Made by a program: the position numbers and the translations under genes
Notes under the pieces: model-generated
What the model was told of the DNA's origin: nothing
The model's input: the letters and a program-made list of their open reading frames with translations, nothing else
Databases searched by the model: none
Assembly (NCBI GenBank): GCA_963843795.1
Contig: CAWJLW010000006.1
Coordinates: 2,554,375 to 2,618,374 of the forward strand
Length of the DNA: 64,000 nt
Source: an uncultured bacterium
GTDB taxonomy: Bacteria; Armatimonadota; Abditibacteriia; Abditibacteriales; Abditibacteriaceae
Reading direction: 5' to 3'
Part shown: one piece after another, positions 49,128-61,483 of the stretch
Numbering within the stretch: the first letter of the stretch is position 1
How the letters are laid out: every line of letters begins with the position of its first letter

Positions 49128-50393
49128 ATGACACGGACGTTATTTGCTTTAAATTTCTCGGTTGGTATATTCACTGTGAATCGCCCTACACACCTCCCCA
49201 ACGCTCAAAAGGTTGCAACGCCTGTAACGGATGTGGTGCTACCGCGTTCTGCACTGTCGGGTCAAGCCAGTGCGAAAACTTCGGAGCGCGTGTATTTTCC
49301 GCATCTGGATGGTTTACGTTTCTGGGCGTTTTTCGCAGTGTTTTTAGCCCACAGTTTTGTGTCCCACAATCCGGTCATTAAAGCCTCGCCAGTTCATCAA
49401 TTTATTGAAAAGTGGAAAATTGCTGGCACGCTGGGAGTGAATTTCTTTTTCGTGCTGAGCGGTTTTCTCATTACGTACCTTTTGCTGGTCGAGCACCAAA
49501 AATGCGGACACATTGATGTGCGCGCGTTTTGGCTGCGGCGTGCCTTGCGCATTTGGCCGCTGTATTTTGCCTGTGTCGCCGCGACCTACATTGTGCAACC
49601 CGCCCGGTCGCCCGGCGAAACAACGATACCCATCGGCTATTTTCTGGCATTTGTATCCAATTTCCTGCCCGCACACGGAACCTATTACTATGGGCCACTG
49701 GGAGTGATGTGGTCGATCAGTGTGGAAGAACAATTCTATGTCTTCTGGCCGCTGCTTTTTACTGCCTTTGTGAGCCATCGTCTGCTGCGGCAACCGCAGT
49801 GGCTTTTCGCAGCGTTGTGCGCGTTTTCGGTGGGGTTCAGTTTGTGGTACCACGATGCAGGCTTAAGCTATCGACATACGCTGGCGCAGGTCGTAACGTT
49901 GGCGCTGGGTGGCTGGGCCGCCTGGCACAGTTTTCATAATACGCGCCTGCTGCACGGCATCACTCATCTATCGCGCCGTTTTATCATTGCGTTCTATCTG
50001 GCTTTGATTGTAGCCATCATTATCTATAATCAATGGCAACACAACGGTTGGGTCGCCGCTGTGGGACGACCCATTTTAGGTGCGCTCTTCGCCTTTGTGA
50101 TTTTGGAACAATGCTACGCCCTCAATTCGTTTTACAAATGCGGCAACCAGAGATGGCTGAGCACACTGGGGCGCTACACTTATGGCCTGTATTGCCTGCA
50201 GTTTTTTGCGATTATCGCCGTCGAGAAATTGATGCTGCGCTTTGGCAATCCGAGTTCGCTACCGCAAATGCTTTTCTTGCAAACGCCCCTCGCGTTGGCC
50301 GTCAATATCATGATCGCCGCGCTCTCTTTTCATCTGCTTGAACAACCGTTTCTGCGTCTCAAACGCCGCTTCGCTCACATTCAAACCACATAA
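49128..50393 (+). CDS. acyltransferase family 3 (O-acetyltransferase)
   Basis: LDGLR, GVNFFFVLSGFLI, RRALRIWP, WSISVEEQFY; start uncertain. Confidence 0.92.
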   Translation: MTRTLFALNFSVGIFTVNRPTHLPNAQKVATPVTDVVLPRSALSGQASAKTSERVYFPHLDGLRFWAFFAVFLAHSFVSHNPVIKASPVHQFIEKWKIAGTLGVNFFFVLSGFLITYLLLVEHQKCGHIDVRAFWLRRALRIWPLYFACVAATYIVQPARSPGETTIPIGYFLAFVSNFLPAHGTYYYGPLGVMWSISVEEQFYVFWPLLFTAFVSHRLLRQPQWLFAALCAFSVGFSLWYHDAGLSYRHTLAQVVTLALGGWAAWHSFHNTRLLHGITHLSRRFIIAFYLALIVAIIIYNQWQHNGWVAAVGRPILGALFAFVILEQCYALNSFYKCGNQRWLSTLGRYTYGLYCLQFFAIIAVEKLMLRFGNPSSLPQMLFLQTPLALAVNIMIAALSFHLLEQPFLRLKRRFAHIQTT

Positions 50394-50422
50394 CGCAAAA
50401 GCGCGCTTCTCTGATTTCCGAT

Positions 50423-52156
50423 TCAACGCCAGAAATAGTGATATTGGTATTTCAATTCGATTGAACCTTTGGCCGGAACTTCCAGAATCCATTTCACTTC
50501 GCTCAAGCCATTGAGTTGGCCCGAACCGTTGGCGCTGTAGTTCCACCAACTGGGCAAAGTGCGCGCTACCAGAGGATTATCGTCATCGCCCGCACCAACT
50601 TTGCGGATTTCGCCGGCATTCGAAGCTTCATCGACCGTGCCAGCAAACTGGCGCGTCAGTTCCAGCGTAATCGACGCACTACGATATGAAGTGACAGTCA
50701 GAGTGCCGGAAATATCGACGCGCTCATAACTATCGTCGCGCCACTTTACCGCATCGGGCGTGCGCTTGATTTCGTTTTCGCGCCGTTTCACTGTCACGTC
50801 AACAGCGGGCGCCAAATCCAAATCGCTGCGTCCACCAGTCGCGGTGTAACTCATCAGCGTTTGCGCCAGCACGCGCCCGTCGCTTTCGATTAAAGCCGGT
50901 GCGGTCGTGAGCGGTTGGGTGCCGCTATTGGCCAAACGAATTTTGTGCATCACATCAGGCTTGGTCAGGCCGGTCGCGATTTCGCGCTGTTGTTGATAAT
51001 TCAGAGAATTATATAAATCTGGCGGCGGCGCGGGCGGCGTGTTCAGAGTGTAAATATCTTGATATTTCAAATCGTATTGCGCGAGAGGAAACACCATGCG
51101 CTCGCCTTTTTTCAAGTTGATGTTTTTTACCCGAAACAGAAAAAAGTCTTCGCTGCTCGCGCCTTCGCCAGCTTCTGGCCCGGCGAGGTTGCTTCTTTCC
51201 TCCGCGCTCGGCCCCGCTGCGCCCATTGCATAGGAATTGTTGGCGAACTGGCTTTGAATTCCGTTCGATAGCGCGCTTGCGCTGCGCGAATCGGAACCAA
51301 AGAGCGGCCCCAGGCGCGCGAAACTGTCTTGCAGCGCAATTGGGTCGATAACATCTTTGAAAGCGAAAGAAGGCACACCAATCACTAAGTTCGCGGTCAC
51401 ATCTTTCAAGTCGATCAGTTCGTTGGCCACTGTCGCCTGCAGCTTCACCTGCGCGTTGCCCTTGCCATCGAGCGCCAATTTATAGGACGGAATCCAGCGA
51501 ATGCCGCGCTGCAAATACAGGAAACCTACTGTGGCCCGGCGCGGCGCGGTGTCCAAATTTAAGCGCAACAAATTACGATATTCATCGTTTTGCAGACGCG
51601 GTTTGGGCGCGTTTTTGAAAACGACATCGTCGAGCGAACTCAGCGGCACCACGCGCACGCCGTCTCTGGTTTGCAACAGAATGATTTCAGGTGGTGGTGA
51701 GGAACGCGTTGGCGAGGTAATTTCGTTCGCTGTGGTTTCGTCGTCTTGCGGTGTGGGCACGCCCAAAATCGTCGCGTCGTAACGCTTATTGCCTTCGCGC
51801 ACGCTGATTCGCGCACCGACGTTGGCTTTAATCAAATCGCCAATGTTTTGTGCCGTGCGATTAACACCAACCAACTGCCGCGATGCCGTGACGGTGTTTA
51901 ATTTCGCGCCGTTTGCAGACGCCCAAAATGTGCCCAGAACAGGCATCGGCAAATCGTCCAAAACGATTTCGCCATTAGTTGCCCCCATTTCGCCTTCTTG
52001 CAATACGAAAGCGTGACCATCTTTGAAAATCGTGACTTCGCGAACCGGCAAAGGGGCACTGTTTTGCAGTGGCACCACAACTTCGCGCGCACCTGCACAC
52101 TGTGGTGCGACAATTAAAAGAGCGGCCCAAATCGTGAATTTTCGCTGGATGAACAT
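50423..52156 (-). CDS. secreted DUF4139/DUF4140-like protein
   Basis: GGAGG SD; signal peptide; EVTIFKDG, YLQRGIRWIPSY. Confidence 0.6.
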   Translation of the reverse strand: MFIQRKFTIWAALLIVAPQCAGAREVVVPLQNSAPLPVREVTIFKDGHAFVLQEGEMGATNGEIVLDDLPMPVLGTFWASANGAKLNTVTASRQLVGVNRTAQNIGDLIKANVGARISVREGNKRYDATILGVPTPQDDETTANEITSPTRSSPPPEIILLQTRDGVRVVPLSSLDDVVFKNAPKPRLQNDEYRNLLRLNLDTAPRRATVGFLYLQRGIRWIPSYKLALDGKGNAQVKLQATVANELIDLKDVTANLVIGVPSFAFKDVIDPIALQDSFARLGPLFGSDSRSASALSNGIQSQFANNSYAMGAAGPSAEERSNLAGPEAGEGASSEDFFLFRVKNINLKKGERMVFPLAQYDLKYQDIYTLNTPPAPPPDLYNSLNYQQQREIATGLTKPDVMHKIRLANSGTQPLTTAPALIESDGRVLAQTLMSYTATGGRSDLDLAPAVDVTVKRRENEIKRTPDAVKWRDDSYERVDISGTLTVTSYRSASITLELTRQFAGTVDEASNAGEIRKVGAGDDDNPLVARTLPSWWNYSANGSGQLNGLSEVKWILEVPAKGSIELKYQYHYFWR

Positions 52157-52299
52157 CCTGGCACCTCCAAGTTATTCTGCAGAGTACTGTCAAAACACCA
52201 TTTCCTACATTGTGACAGATTTCAACGAAAAAAGGACGAAAGCATATGCTTTCGTCCTTTTCAGTTTTAAAATGGCGCTGCAAGTACTTGCAGCGCGTT

Positions 52300-53440
52300 T
52301 TACGCGCTGCGTTCTTCAATCGGCTGCCATTTCAAGCCTTTTTCACCCACGTAGTCGGAATCGGGGCGAAAAATACGATTGTTGGCGTATTGCTCTAGCA
52401 AATGCGCTGTCCAACCCACGACGCGCGAACAGGCGAAAATGGGTGTGAACAAATTGTCGGGAATTCCCATCACATGATAGGCCGAAGCGCTGTAGAAATC
52501 GACATTGGGAAAAATACCTTTATCGGCGACTTTGGGCTGAAAAGTGGCTTCGACGGCGCGCGACATCTCGAACCATTTGCTATCGCCCATGCGCTTGCCC
52601 AACTCTTCGCTCATGCCTTCCAAAATTTTAGCGCGCGGGTCTTTGGCTTTGTAAACGCGATGCCCAAAGCCCATGACTTTTTTCTTGTCGCGTACCATTT
52701 GCTCGACAAATTCCGGCGCGGCCTCGACGCTGCCGATTTCGCGCAAGGTTTTCATCATCGCTTCATTCGCTCCGCCATGCAGCGGGCCTTTGAGCGTGCC
52801 GATAGCCGAAACAATCGCCGAATGCATATCGCTTAAAGTCGCCGCCGTGACACGCGCCGAGAACGTAGACGCGTTGAGTTCGTGGTCGGCGTGCAGAATA
52901 AGGGCGACATCGAAAGTGCGCGCGGCGTAGGAATCGGGTTCTTCGCCCTTCAAGGCATAAAGAAAGTTCCACGCCAAACCGTACTCGCGGCGTGGTTTGA
53001 GTGGCTCCAAACCTTGCTGCAAACGATGCCAGGTCGTGGTTAATAATAAAAGTTGTGCGGTCAGTCGAATGGCTTTGGCGCGATTAGCTTCGGGCGTCAT
53101 TTCGTCTGCCTTGCGGGTCGATCATGCCCAGAACCGAAGTCGCGGCTTGCAAGACGCGCATTCCATCGGCGTCTTTGGGCAACTGCTTCAAAACCGCCAG
53201 CAGTTGCGGCGGCAAATTCATGGCGTCGAAAAGTTCCTGCTTGAGTTCATTCAACTCGTTTTGTAGGGGCAAACGACCGTTCCACAACAGATATGCGACT
53301 TCTTCAAAGGTGGAATGTTCGGCCAGATCATCAATATCGTAGCCGCGATACACCAACTGTCCGCGCTCGCCATCGATGAAACAAATCGACGATTCGGCAA
53401 CCACGACATTTTCTAAGCCCGACGGTTTTTTCTCAGCCAT
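52300..53440 (-). CDS. citrate synthase (frameshift near 53110)
   Basis: GLENVVV..SSIC, LVYRGY; HADHELNAST, GPLHGGAN, GFGHRVY, NVDFY. Confidence 0.93.
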
Positions 53441-53472
53441 AAATCTCCTCTTTAAACCCAACCCACAGCCAA

Positions 53473-53508
53473 AATTGATGCGTTGCAAGTACTTGCAACG
53501 CATCAATT
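53473..53508. repeat. 36-bp perfect palindrome with core between aspC and citrate synthase
   Basis: AATTGATGCGTT-core-AACGCATCAATT. Confidence 0.85.
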
Positions 53509-53516
53509 ATTCAAAT

Positions 53517-54710
<1,194 letters not shown>

Positions 54711-54783
54711 AAAATAAACCGTTGTAAATAACTAATTACCAGAAAAATAACTCGTAAAGCAGTGCGTTGTCACTGCGTTTTCT

Positions 54784-55746
54784 ATGTGTTCTCCTGCTAC
54801 CGATGAAAATTTGACGCCGCAAGTACTTGCACCCGAACTTGCGCGAGAAGTTTCGCCCGAAAACGCAAACGAGGATACCAAACAAGATAATGCAAATTCC
54901 TCACCTTTGCCCGACAATTTGCTTAGCGCTGAAATTCCCGCTGAGGCAATTCCCATCGAAGCCGCGCAAGCACTTGCCGTGACTTCTGACAACGAAGCTA
55001 ATAACCGAGACATCGACCACGAACCAACTCCTGAAGAGTATGCCCAATGGGAAGCGATGTGGGGCGAAGGCGAAAATCAATTCACGCGCGTGGGACGCGC
55101 CGCCTGCACGCTGCTGGTCGGTGGCTTTTTGGCGTGGATGCAATTTCGCGCCATTTTCGATACCACTGTGCGCTGGAACGAATGGATTTGGTTCAGTGTG
55201 CTGGCGAATTTCCTCCTTCCTGCTGGCGTCGTGTGGCTTTTTTTCGCGCAAGGTTTGCGCCGGTTGAACTGGCTCAGCGACCATCGTTTAAACGCGTGGA
55301 ATTACGGCTGCAACTGGCAGTTTCGCCGTCACGCTAAAATCGCTCTGCTCGCTTTCGCAGTCTTGGCAATCCCGATGTGGTTTTTGTCGCGCGACGCGGG
55401 CACGCAAATTTTCTATCGCAATGCGTATTTTCCGCCCATTCATAATACCGCTGCCCTCTTGTGGCTTTTGGTCACCCTGATCATTTACATGGCGTGCTGG
55501 GAATGGTTTTTTCGTGGATTTTTGCTATTTGGCATGGCACAAGGTTTTGGGCCAATCGCCGCGATTGGTTTGCAAACCGTAATTTTCGGACTCGCCCACG
55601 CAGGAAAACCGCCGGTGGAAATGTGGTCGTCGTTTGGTGGTGGCTTAATTTTAGGCATACTTTGTTGGCGCGAAAAATCGTTCGTGCCCGCGTTTTTCAT
55701 TCACGCACTGATTCATGTCGCGTGGGCCGTAATGATTTTGAATTGA
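54784..55746 (+). CDS. CPBP (Abi/CAAX) intramembrane protease
   Basis: WEWFFRG, FGLAH.GKP..E, IHALIH. Confidence 0.85.
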   Translation: MCSPATDENLTPQVLAPELAREVSPENANEDTKQDNANSSPLPDNLLSAEIPAEAIPIEAAQALAVTSDNEANNRDIDHEPTPEEYAQWEAMWGEGENQFTRVGRAACTLLVGGFLAWMQFRAIFDTTVRWNEWIWFSVLANFLLPAGVVWLFFAQGLRRLNWLSDHRLNAWNYGCNWQFRRHAKIALLAFAVLAIPMWFLSRDAGTQIFYRNAYFPPIHNTAALLWLLVTLIIYMACWEWFFRGFLLFGMAQGFGPIAAIGLQTVIFGLAHAGKPPVEMWSSFGGGLILGILCWREKSFVPAFFIHALIHVAWAVMILN

Positions 55747-55756
55747 GGTTTCACTG

Positions 55757-56488
55757 ATGCGTTTTTCCACATTTTTGCTCGCTGCGCCATTGTTGTTAGC
55801 CGGTTGCGCTCGCAGCCCGGTCGGTGGCCCCACTAATCCGCAGGCCAACAACATTTTGAGCGTGAGTATCGCGGTTTCAGGCGTGGTCAATCCGGCTTAT
55901 ATTTACGATTTCGCTTTCGATGACGATGAAGATCGCACCGATGGGCCGGTCGCGCTCGCGGGCAGCAACAGCACTTACGCCAATGGCGTTACCGGCGGTT
56001 CATTCACGATTTTAGTGCGCTACACAGCAGGGCAATTCATCGCTTATCGCCGCACAATCAATTCCGACAACAGCGAAACCCTGGTGCGCGTTCCGAGCGC
56101 ATTCACCATTCCACCAACGGTCGTACAAGGCGATAAAACCATCAGTTTCGCTCTCAATCTGGATGCGACTTTGCCCGATGGCACGCGCTTGTTTCGCGGC
56201 TCGGACAACGGCATTCCGCGCCAGTTGGATGTCAACTTTGTGACCACTAACCAGATTAACATCGACCCTAATAACAATCGAATCAACACTTTCGACGCGT
56301 TAGGTAACCGCACCGGCGGCAGTTGGCTCACAATTACCAACACCAACCAACCCAAAATTGTCACGAACAGCCAGACCCTGACCGAGCCAACGGGCGATGT
56401 CACAAATTTCAGCAACTTGGATAGCACCGCAATCAATTCGCTCGATTTGACCGATTTCCGTATCGAAATTCAACGCAACTCGAATTAA
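55757..56488 (+). CDS. lipoprotein
   Basis: Lipobox LLLAGC; GAGG SD. Confidence 0.8.
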   Translation: MRFSTFLLAAPLLLAGCARSPVGGPTNPQANNILSVSIAVSGVVNPAYIYDFAFDDDEDRTDGPVALAGSNSTYANGVTGGSFTILVRYTAGQFIAYRRTINSDNSETLVRVPSAFTIPPTVVQGDKTISFALNLDATLPDGTRLFRGSDNGIPRQLDVNFVTTNQINIDPNNNRINTFDALGNRTGGSWLTITNTNQPKIVTNSQTLTEPTGDVTNFSNLDSTAINSLDLTDFRIEIQRNSN

Positions 56489-56581
56489 ATTGCAGAAGAT
56501 ATCGTAATTTTGCCTGAGATTAAATTGATTTCTTAGTAAAAAGTGTGCTGCAAGTACTTGCAGGTGTGGTGAACTGTTTTT

Positions 56582-57508
56582 ATGCAACTCATTCCGCTCG
56601 AATCGCTGATAATTTCGCCTTCCACCGAAAAGATCGACACGCTCAACGGTCAACCGCGCGTGCCGCAGTGGATGAAGCAAAAAACTGGCAAGGCGCGCCA
56701 GACCGCGCAAACCGGCGAAGTTTTGCACGGCCTCAATATCACGACCGTGTGCGAAGAAGCGCGCTGCCCGAATATCGGCGAATGCTGGAGCCATCGCACC
56801 GCGACGTTTATGATTGGTGGGGACAAATGTACGCGCGCCTGCGCTTTTTGCAACGTCTCGACCGCGCGGCCCGAAGCGCTCGATCAGTTCGAACCGGCGC
56901 GAGTGGCATTGGCTGCCAGCAAACTGGGCTTGAAATATGTCGTGATTACTAGCGTTGATCGCGACGATCTCAAAGATGGTGGCGCTGCGCACTGGGTAAA
57001 AACTATTGAAGCCGTGCGCCGCGAACTGCCGGACGCCAAAATCGAAATTCTCACGCCCGATTTTCGCGGCGATTGGGATGCGGTCTATACCGTCGCCGCG
57101 ACGCGCCCCGACGTTTACAATCACAACATCGAAACCGTGCCGCGTTTATATTCTACCGCGCGCAAAGGCTCCAAATACGCGCGTTCGCTGGAACTGCTGC
57201 GCCGCGTGAAAGAATTCGATGGCAATATCAAAGTTAAAAGCGGATTGATGGTTGGTTTGGGCGAAACCATTCCCGAAATAATTGAAGTGTTGAAAGATTT
57301 GCGCGCGCACGGCGTCGATTTCGTGACAATGGGCCAATATCTGCGTCCGAGCCCGCGCCACATCGCCTTAGAGCGTTATTATCATCCCGACGAGTTCGCG
57401 CATTTGAAAACCGAAGCGCAAAAAATGGGCTTTGCGATGGTGGCCAGCGGCCCGTTCGTGCGTTCGAGCTATCACGCGGGCGAAGATTTCGATGAAATGA
57501 ATTCGTAA
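56582..57508 (+). CDS. lipA: lipoyl synthase
   Basis: CEEARCPNIGEC, CTRACAFC, RSSYHA. Confidence 0.97.
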   Translation: MQLIPLESLIISPSTEKIDTLNGQPRVPQWMKQKTGKARQTAQTGEVLHGLNITTVCEEARCPNIGECWSHRTATFMIGGDKCTRACAFCNVSTARPEALDQFEPARVALAASKLGLKYVVITSVDRDDLKDGGAAHWVKTIEAVRRELPDAKIEILTPDFRGDWDAVYTVAATRPDVYNHNIETVPRLYSTARKGSKYARSLELLRRVKEFDGNIKVKSGLMVGLGETIPEIIEVLKDLRAHGVDFVTMGQYLRPSPRHIALERYYHPDEFAHLKTEAQKMGFAMVASGPFVRSSYHAGEDFDEMNS

Positions 57509-57570
57509 AAACGCGCGGCAAGTACTTGCAGCGCCTCCGCCACAGCTTTTTCTGCCTTAAACTGCGCGCC

Positions 57571-57999
57571 ATGAATATCTTTCTGGCTTTAATTGCGGGT
57601 GCGATTTTGCCGCTCCAAATCGGTATCAACGGTTCGCTGCGCACGGCTTTGGGCCAGCCCATTTTAGCCGCCTTCACTTCATTTCTGGTCGGGACGTGCG
57701 CATTGGGCGCGGTCAGTTTACTGGTGCGCGCCGCACCGGTCGCGGGCTTGGCGACGATTCCCGCTTGGATGTGGGTTGGCGGCGCACTGGGCGCGGTTTA
57801 CGTTTATCTGTCGATTTTTCTGGCGTCCAAATTAACCGCTGCGACTTTGGTCGGCTGCATTGTGGCCGGACAATTGAGCGCTTCGATGATCGTCGATCAT
57901 TTTGGCTGGCTCGGTTTTCCCCAGCATTCGATTTCGGCTGGCCGCATCGCGGGCGCAATTCTGCTGGGCGTGGGCGTTTATTGCATTCGCCGCTTTTGA
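57571..57999 (+). CDS. DMT-family (YdcZ/DUF606) transporter
   Basis: Q.GING.L, W.W.GG.LGA, GQL..SM.VDHFG. Confidence 0.88.
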   Translation: MNIFLALIAGAILPLQIGINGSLRTALGQPILAAFTSFLVGTCALGAVSLLVRAAPVAGLATIPAWMWVGGALGAVYVYLSIFLASKLTAATLVGCIVAGQLSASMIVDHFGWLGFPQHSISAGRIAGAILLGVGVYCIRRF

Positions 58000-58042
58000 A
58001 TCGTTGAGATTCAGTCCTGCAAGTACTTGCAGCGCGTGCTTT

Positions 58043-58714
58043 TCACGACAAAACCGGCTGCGCCACACAACAACCTTCTTCGCGCACGCAACGACACGCG
58101 AAAACGGCGCACAGCGCGCCCAAAGTCGGTGCCAGCAAATAAATCCACAACGCGTCCAGATGCCACGACATTAACGCCGGAGCGATGGAACGCGCCGGAT
58201 TCATCGACGCGCCGCAAATCGGCCCGGCAAACAAGGCTTCCAAAGCGATGACGCCACCAATCGCGATGCCCGCCGTGATGCCTTTTTCTTTCGCACCCGT
58301 CGAAACGCCCAAAATCACGAACATCAACATCGCCGTTAAAACGAATTCCAGAACGAACGATTGCCAAGCCGAACCTGCGGGTAAAGTCGCACCCAGAGTC
58401 AGGTTGGTGGGAAACAAAACGCGCAAAATCGCACTGGCCAAAAGTGCGCCTGCACATTGAGCGAAAACATAAGGCGCGACCAAACGCGCTTCAAAACGCC
58501 GCGCGGCGCAAAACGCGAGGGTCACGGCGGGATTGAGATGCGCGCCAGAAATATCGCCGACGGAGTAAATCATCGCCATCACAATCAAGCCAAAAGTCAA
58601 CGCGATGCCGACGTGCGACACCGTGCCGCCGCTGGTTTGATCGATGATAATCGCGCCCGTGCCCGCGAAAATCAAGCAAAACGTACCGATAAATTCTGCC
58701 GCCAGTTTTTTCAT
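58043..58714 (-). CDS. MIP-family aquaporin/aquaglyceroporin
   Basis: EFIGTF, SGAHLNPAVT, SMNPARS. Confidence 0.95.
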   Translation of the reverse strand: MKKLAAEFIGTFCLIFAGTGAIIIDQTSGGTVSHVGIALTFGLIVMAMIYSVGDISGAHLNPAVTLAFCAARRFEARLVAPYVFAQCAGALLASAILRVLFPTNLTLGATLPAGSAWQSFVLEFVLTAMLMFVILGVSTGAKEKGITAGIAIGGVIALEALFAGPICGASMNPARSIAPALMSWHLDALWIYLLAPTLGALCAVFACRCVREEGCCVAQPVLS

Positions 58715-58818
58715 TTCAATTGCTCTCCCATAACCAACTGAATCATTTTGCTTCTTCAAATTTAAGAGTTGGTTAATAAGCCGAAACGCCAGAAATGGTT
58801 TTCAAGTACTTGCAGTGC

Positions 58819-60543
58819 TTATTTGGAACGCAAAACATCGGGTACGAAATCTAAATCGCTGGCTTCGCGGATTGCCAGTTCAATCTGGTGCGCTAATACT
58901 TCGGGCGCAATCGGGCTTTGATAGTCTTCCAGCACGTCTTTCAGCGCCGCTTCAGTCGTCATTTTAGAAACTTTCACCAGTCGATAGACTTTTATCGCCA
59001 AAGTTTCCGCCGCGCCCGGCGTCAGTAAATTCGGCACGTAATCTTCAATTTCTGCGAAAAGATTTTCGTCCAATTCCAAATCGTGTCGTTTCAAAAGAGC
59101 TTTAATGAGATGAAAGCCTTCTTCGGGCGTCGTAGTGGGAAAGATTGGAATTTTTACATCGACACGTCCCGGACGCTTGAGATCGACTTCAATTAAATCA
59201 GGACGGCTCGAAGCCAAAATCCACACGATTTTGCCACGATTACGCGTGTTGCTCATTTCTTCGGCCAGCATCGAATAAATGCGGCCCGATAAACCGGCGT
59301 CATTATTTCCCGTATCGCGCCGCCCTAAAGATTGATCGGCTTCATCAACGAATACATAACAACGGCCCAGAGCGTGGAGCAGGCGAAAGATTTTTTCTAA
59401 ATTGCCTTCGGTCGAGCCGACCCATTTATCGCGAAAATTCTTCAATTTCACGACCGGAACGCCCGCTTCACCGGCCAGACATTCGACCATATAAGTTTTG
59501 CCCGTGCCGACCGGCCCACACAGCAGATAACCCATCGGCATCGCTTCCAAATCGTTCTGCTTCCACAGAGTGATGTCCTGACGCAGCCATTCCTTGATTT
59601 TTTCCTGTCCGTATAAATCGTCCAGAGTGCGCTTGGATTCGATGAATTCGATCAAGCCCGCGCAATCCTGCTCGACCAATTGTTTCTTGAGATGCGACAA
59701 ATCTTCTTCGCTCAAACTTTCGCGTTTGTATTCGGTTGTGCGCAGCAAATTCTCGGTTGCGGAAAGCGTTGCGCCCGCCAATTGTGCTGCGGGCACTTCC
59801 AACTGCTCGCGGTATTGACCGAGCGCGGTCGGAAATTGCGGCAGCATCCATTGCAGCGCGCGCTGCAATTCTTGGGGCGAAGGCAAGGGTACTTTCAACT
59901 GCGTGGCGCGCGTGTTGGTAGCCAAAAGTGGATGCAAATCGTTGAGATTTTCACAAATCAAAAACGTCGCCAAATCGTGTCCGGTCAAGAGCGGATCGCT
60001 CGACCATTCGCGCATCAGTGAAGCCAGCGCTGCCAAGTCGTAATCGTAATTGCCGCCCGGATTGGGCGCGACCAGATGCGCGGCGCGCACATAACAGCCG
60101 ACGCGCGTGCGCTCGCGGCCCAAGCGCTGCAAGTTGGCCGTATAGCGAAAATAGTGCGTCAAAGTTTCAACGGAAGGGCGCGGTTCGCGCGGCAGAATCG
60201 GCGTTTCCTTCCACGCCGGCCACTGCGAAAAAATCGGCCCACCCTTTTCGACGCGCACGCCATTGCCCAAGTCATAAGACAAAACTACATCGAAGCGCGA
60301 TAAAAGTACTTGTTGGAGCCATTGGTAAAGCGCGCCGAGGGCAAAGCCACCATCGGCCTGCGGCAAAACGACACGATCTTCGACGTTGCCGAAGAGAATG
60401 AATTGATTGGTCGCACCACTTTCGTAGGAAATTACCAGTTCGCGCGCCCAATCGGGCAAATTGTGGCCTAACGAAGAAAGCGCCGATTGCGGCATCGGCG
60501 CGGGTTGCGGGACCAGAGGCGTATCGAGAAAAGGTTGCGGCAT
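58819..60543 (-). CDS. classical-clade AAA+ ATPase
   Basis: Walker A GPVGTGKT, pore loop KWVG, Walker B FVDEAD, SRH ASSRPDLIEVDLKRPGRVD. Confidence 0.92.
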   Translation of the reverse strand: MPQPFLDTPLVPQPAPMPQSALSSLGHNLPDWARELVISYESGATNQFILFGNVEDRVVLPQADGGFALGALYQWLQQVLLSRFDVVLSYDLGNGVRVEKGGPIFSQWPAWKETPILPREPRPSVETLTHYFRYTANLQRLGRERTRVGCYVRAAHLVAPNPGGNYDYDLAALASLMREWSSDPLLTGHDLATFLICENLNDLHPLLATNTRATQLKVPLPSPQELQRALQWMLPQFPTALGQYREQLEVPAAQLAGATLSATENLLRTTEYKRESLSEEDLSHLKKQLVEQDCAGLIEFIESKRTLDDLYGQEKIKEWLRQDITLWKQNDLEAMPMGYLLCGPVGTGKTYMVECLAGEAGVPVVKLKNFRDKWVGSTEGNLEKIFRLLHALGRCYVFVDEADQSLGRRDTGNNDAGLSGRIYSMLAEEMSNTRNRGKIVWILASSRPDLIEVDLKRPGRVDVKIPIFPTTTPEEGFHLIKALLKRHDLELDENLFAEIEDYVPNLLTPGAAETLAIKVYRLVKVSKMTTEAALKDVLEDYQSPIAPEVLAHQIELAIREASDLDFVPDVLRSK

Positions 60544-60610
60544 AAGAATTTACTGACTTGTTATCTGGCTCATAATCAAAAAATGGATGGACTGTGTGTT
60601 TTTACTTTGA

Positions 60611-60644
60611 AAAAACGCCCTGCAAGTACTTGCAGGGCGTTTTT
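60611..60644. terminator. 34-bp perfect palindrome with core between the PspA-like and AAA genes
   Basis: AAAAACGCCCT-core-AGGGCGTTTTT. Confidence 0.65.
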
Positions 60645-60661
60645 GCGACTTTGTTAGCAAT

Positions 60662-61417
60662 TCACTCAAACGTCGCCGTCGGTCCCATCTGCTTGGCGGT
60701 GTCTTTGGCGACCGGCGCGGCGGTCGGCGAAGGCGAATCCAGAGCGATGCCTTCTTTGGCGGCGAAATCGGCCAGCGCCTGGTCGGCCATTGCTTCCTGC
60801 TCCGATTCTTTCATATTAATGCCAGTCATATCTAAACCGCCACGCGCCACACGCGAACGACCGGCAGCTTTTTCGCGCTCCTCCTGCACCATTTCTTCGA
60901 GTCGGTTCAACGTGTCGCCGCTGCCGCCAATCGTTGAAATCATGCCCGAAGCCATTTCCATCATTTCTGCCGTTGACTTTTGCACCTTCATATCGCCGAT
61001 AGCGTATTTCAACTTATCGATTTTATCGCGCGCGATTTCAACACTCACGCCACGCGCTTTTTCTAAATCTTTATAAGTGGTTTCGGCGACTTCCAACTGC
61101 TCGCGATTTTCTTTTAATTGACTTTGTACCTGTTGCAAATCGAGCGCGAAATTACCCGCCATATCGCGGTTGCCCGCTTTGAGATGAGCGGCGGTTTTGG
61201 CGCGCAGTTCGCGTTCGCGCGTTTCCAAATTTTTGACTTGCGTCATCAATTTTTCGCACAACGCGGCGTGCGAGGCCAAACCTTGATTATATTGCGCGAT
61301 TTGTTTGCGCAAGTTTTCTTTTTCGACTTCGAGCAATGCTTCGGGATTACTGCGCTCGGCATTGGACACGAACATCCCGAAAAAACCTTTGATTAAATTT
61401 CCCAATCGCTTGAACAT
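60662..61417 (-). CDS. PspA/IM30 (ESCRT-III-like) family protein
   Basis: Amphipathic MFKRLGNLIKG, NPEALLE, long coiled coil, A...LKAG..D.A. Confidence 0.85.
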   Translation of the reverse strand: MFKRLGNLIKGFFGMFVSNAERSNPEALLEVEKENLRKQIAQYNQGLASHAALCEKLMTQVKNLETRERELRAKTAAHLKAGNRDMAGNFALDLQQVQSQLKENREQLEVAETTYKDLEKARGVSVEIARDKIDKLKYAIGDMKVQKSTAEMMEMASGMISTIGGSGDTLNRLEEMVQEEREKAAGRSRVARGGLDMTGINMKESEQEAMADQALADFAAKEGIALDSPSPTAAPVAKDTAKQMGPTATFE

Positions 61418-61483
61418 TCGCCTTCTCCCTCACAAAAACAGATCGTAAAAACTTTGCGTTTCCGTCCTATTATTATCGCAAAT

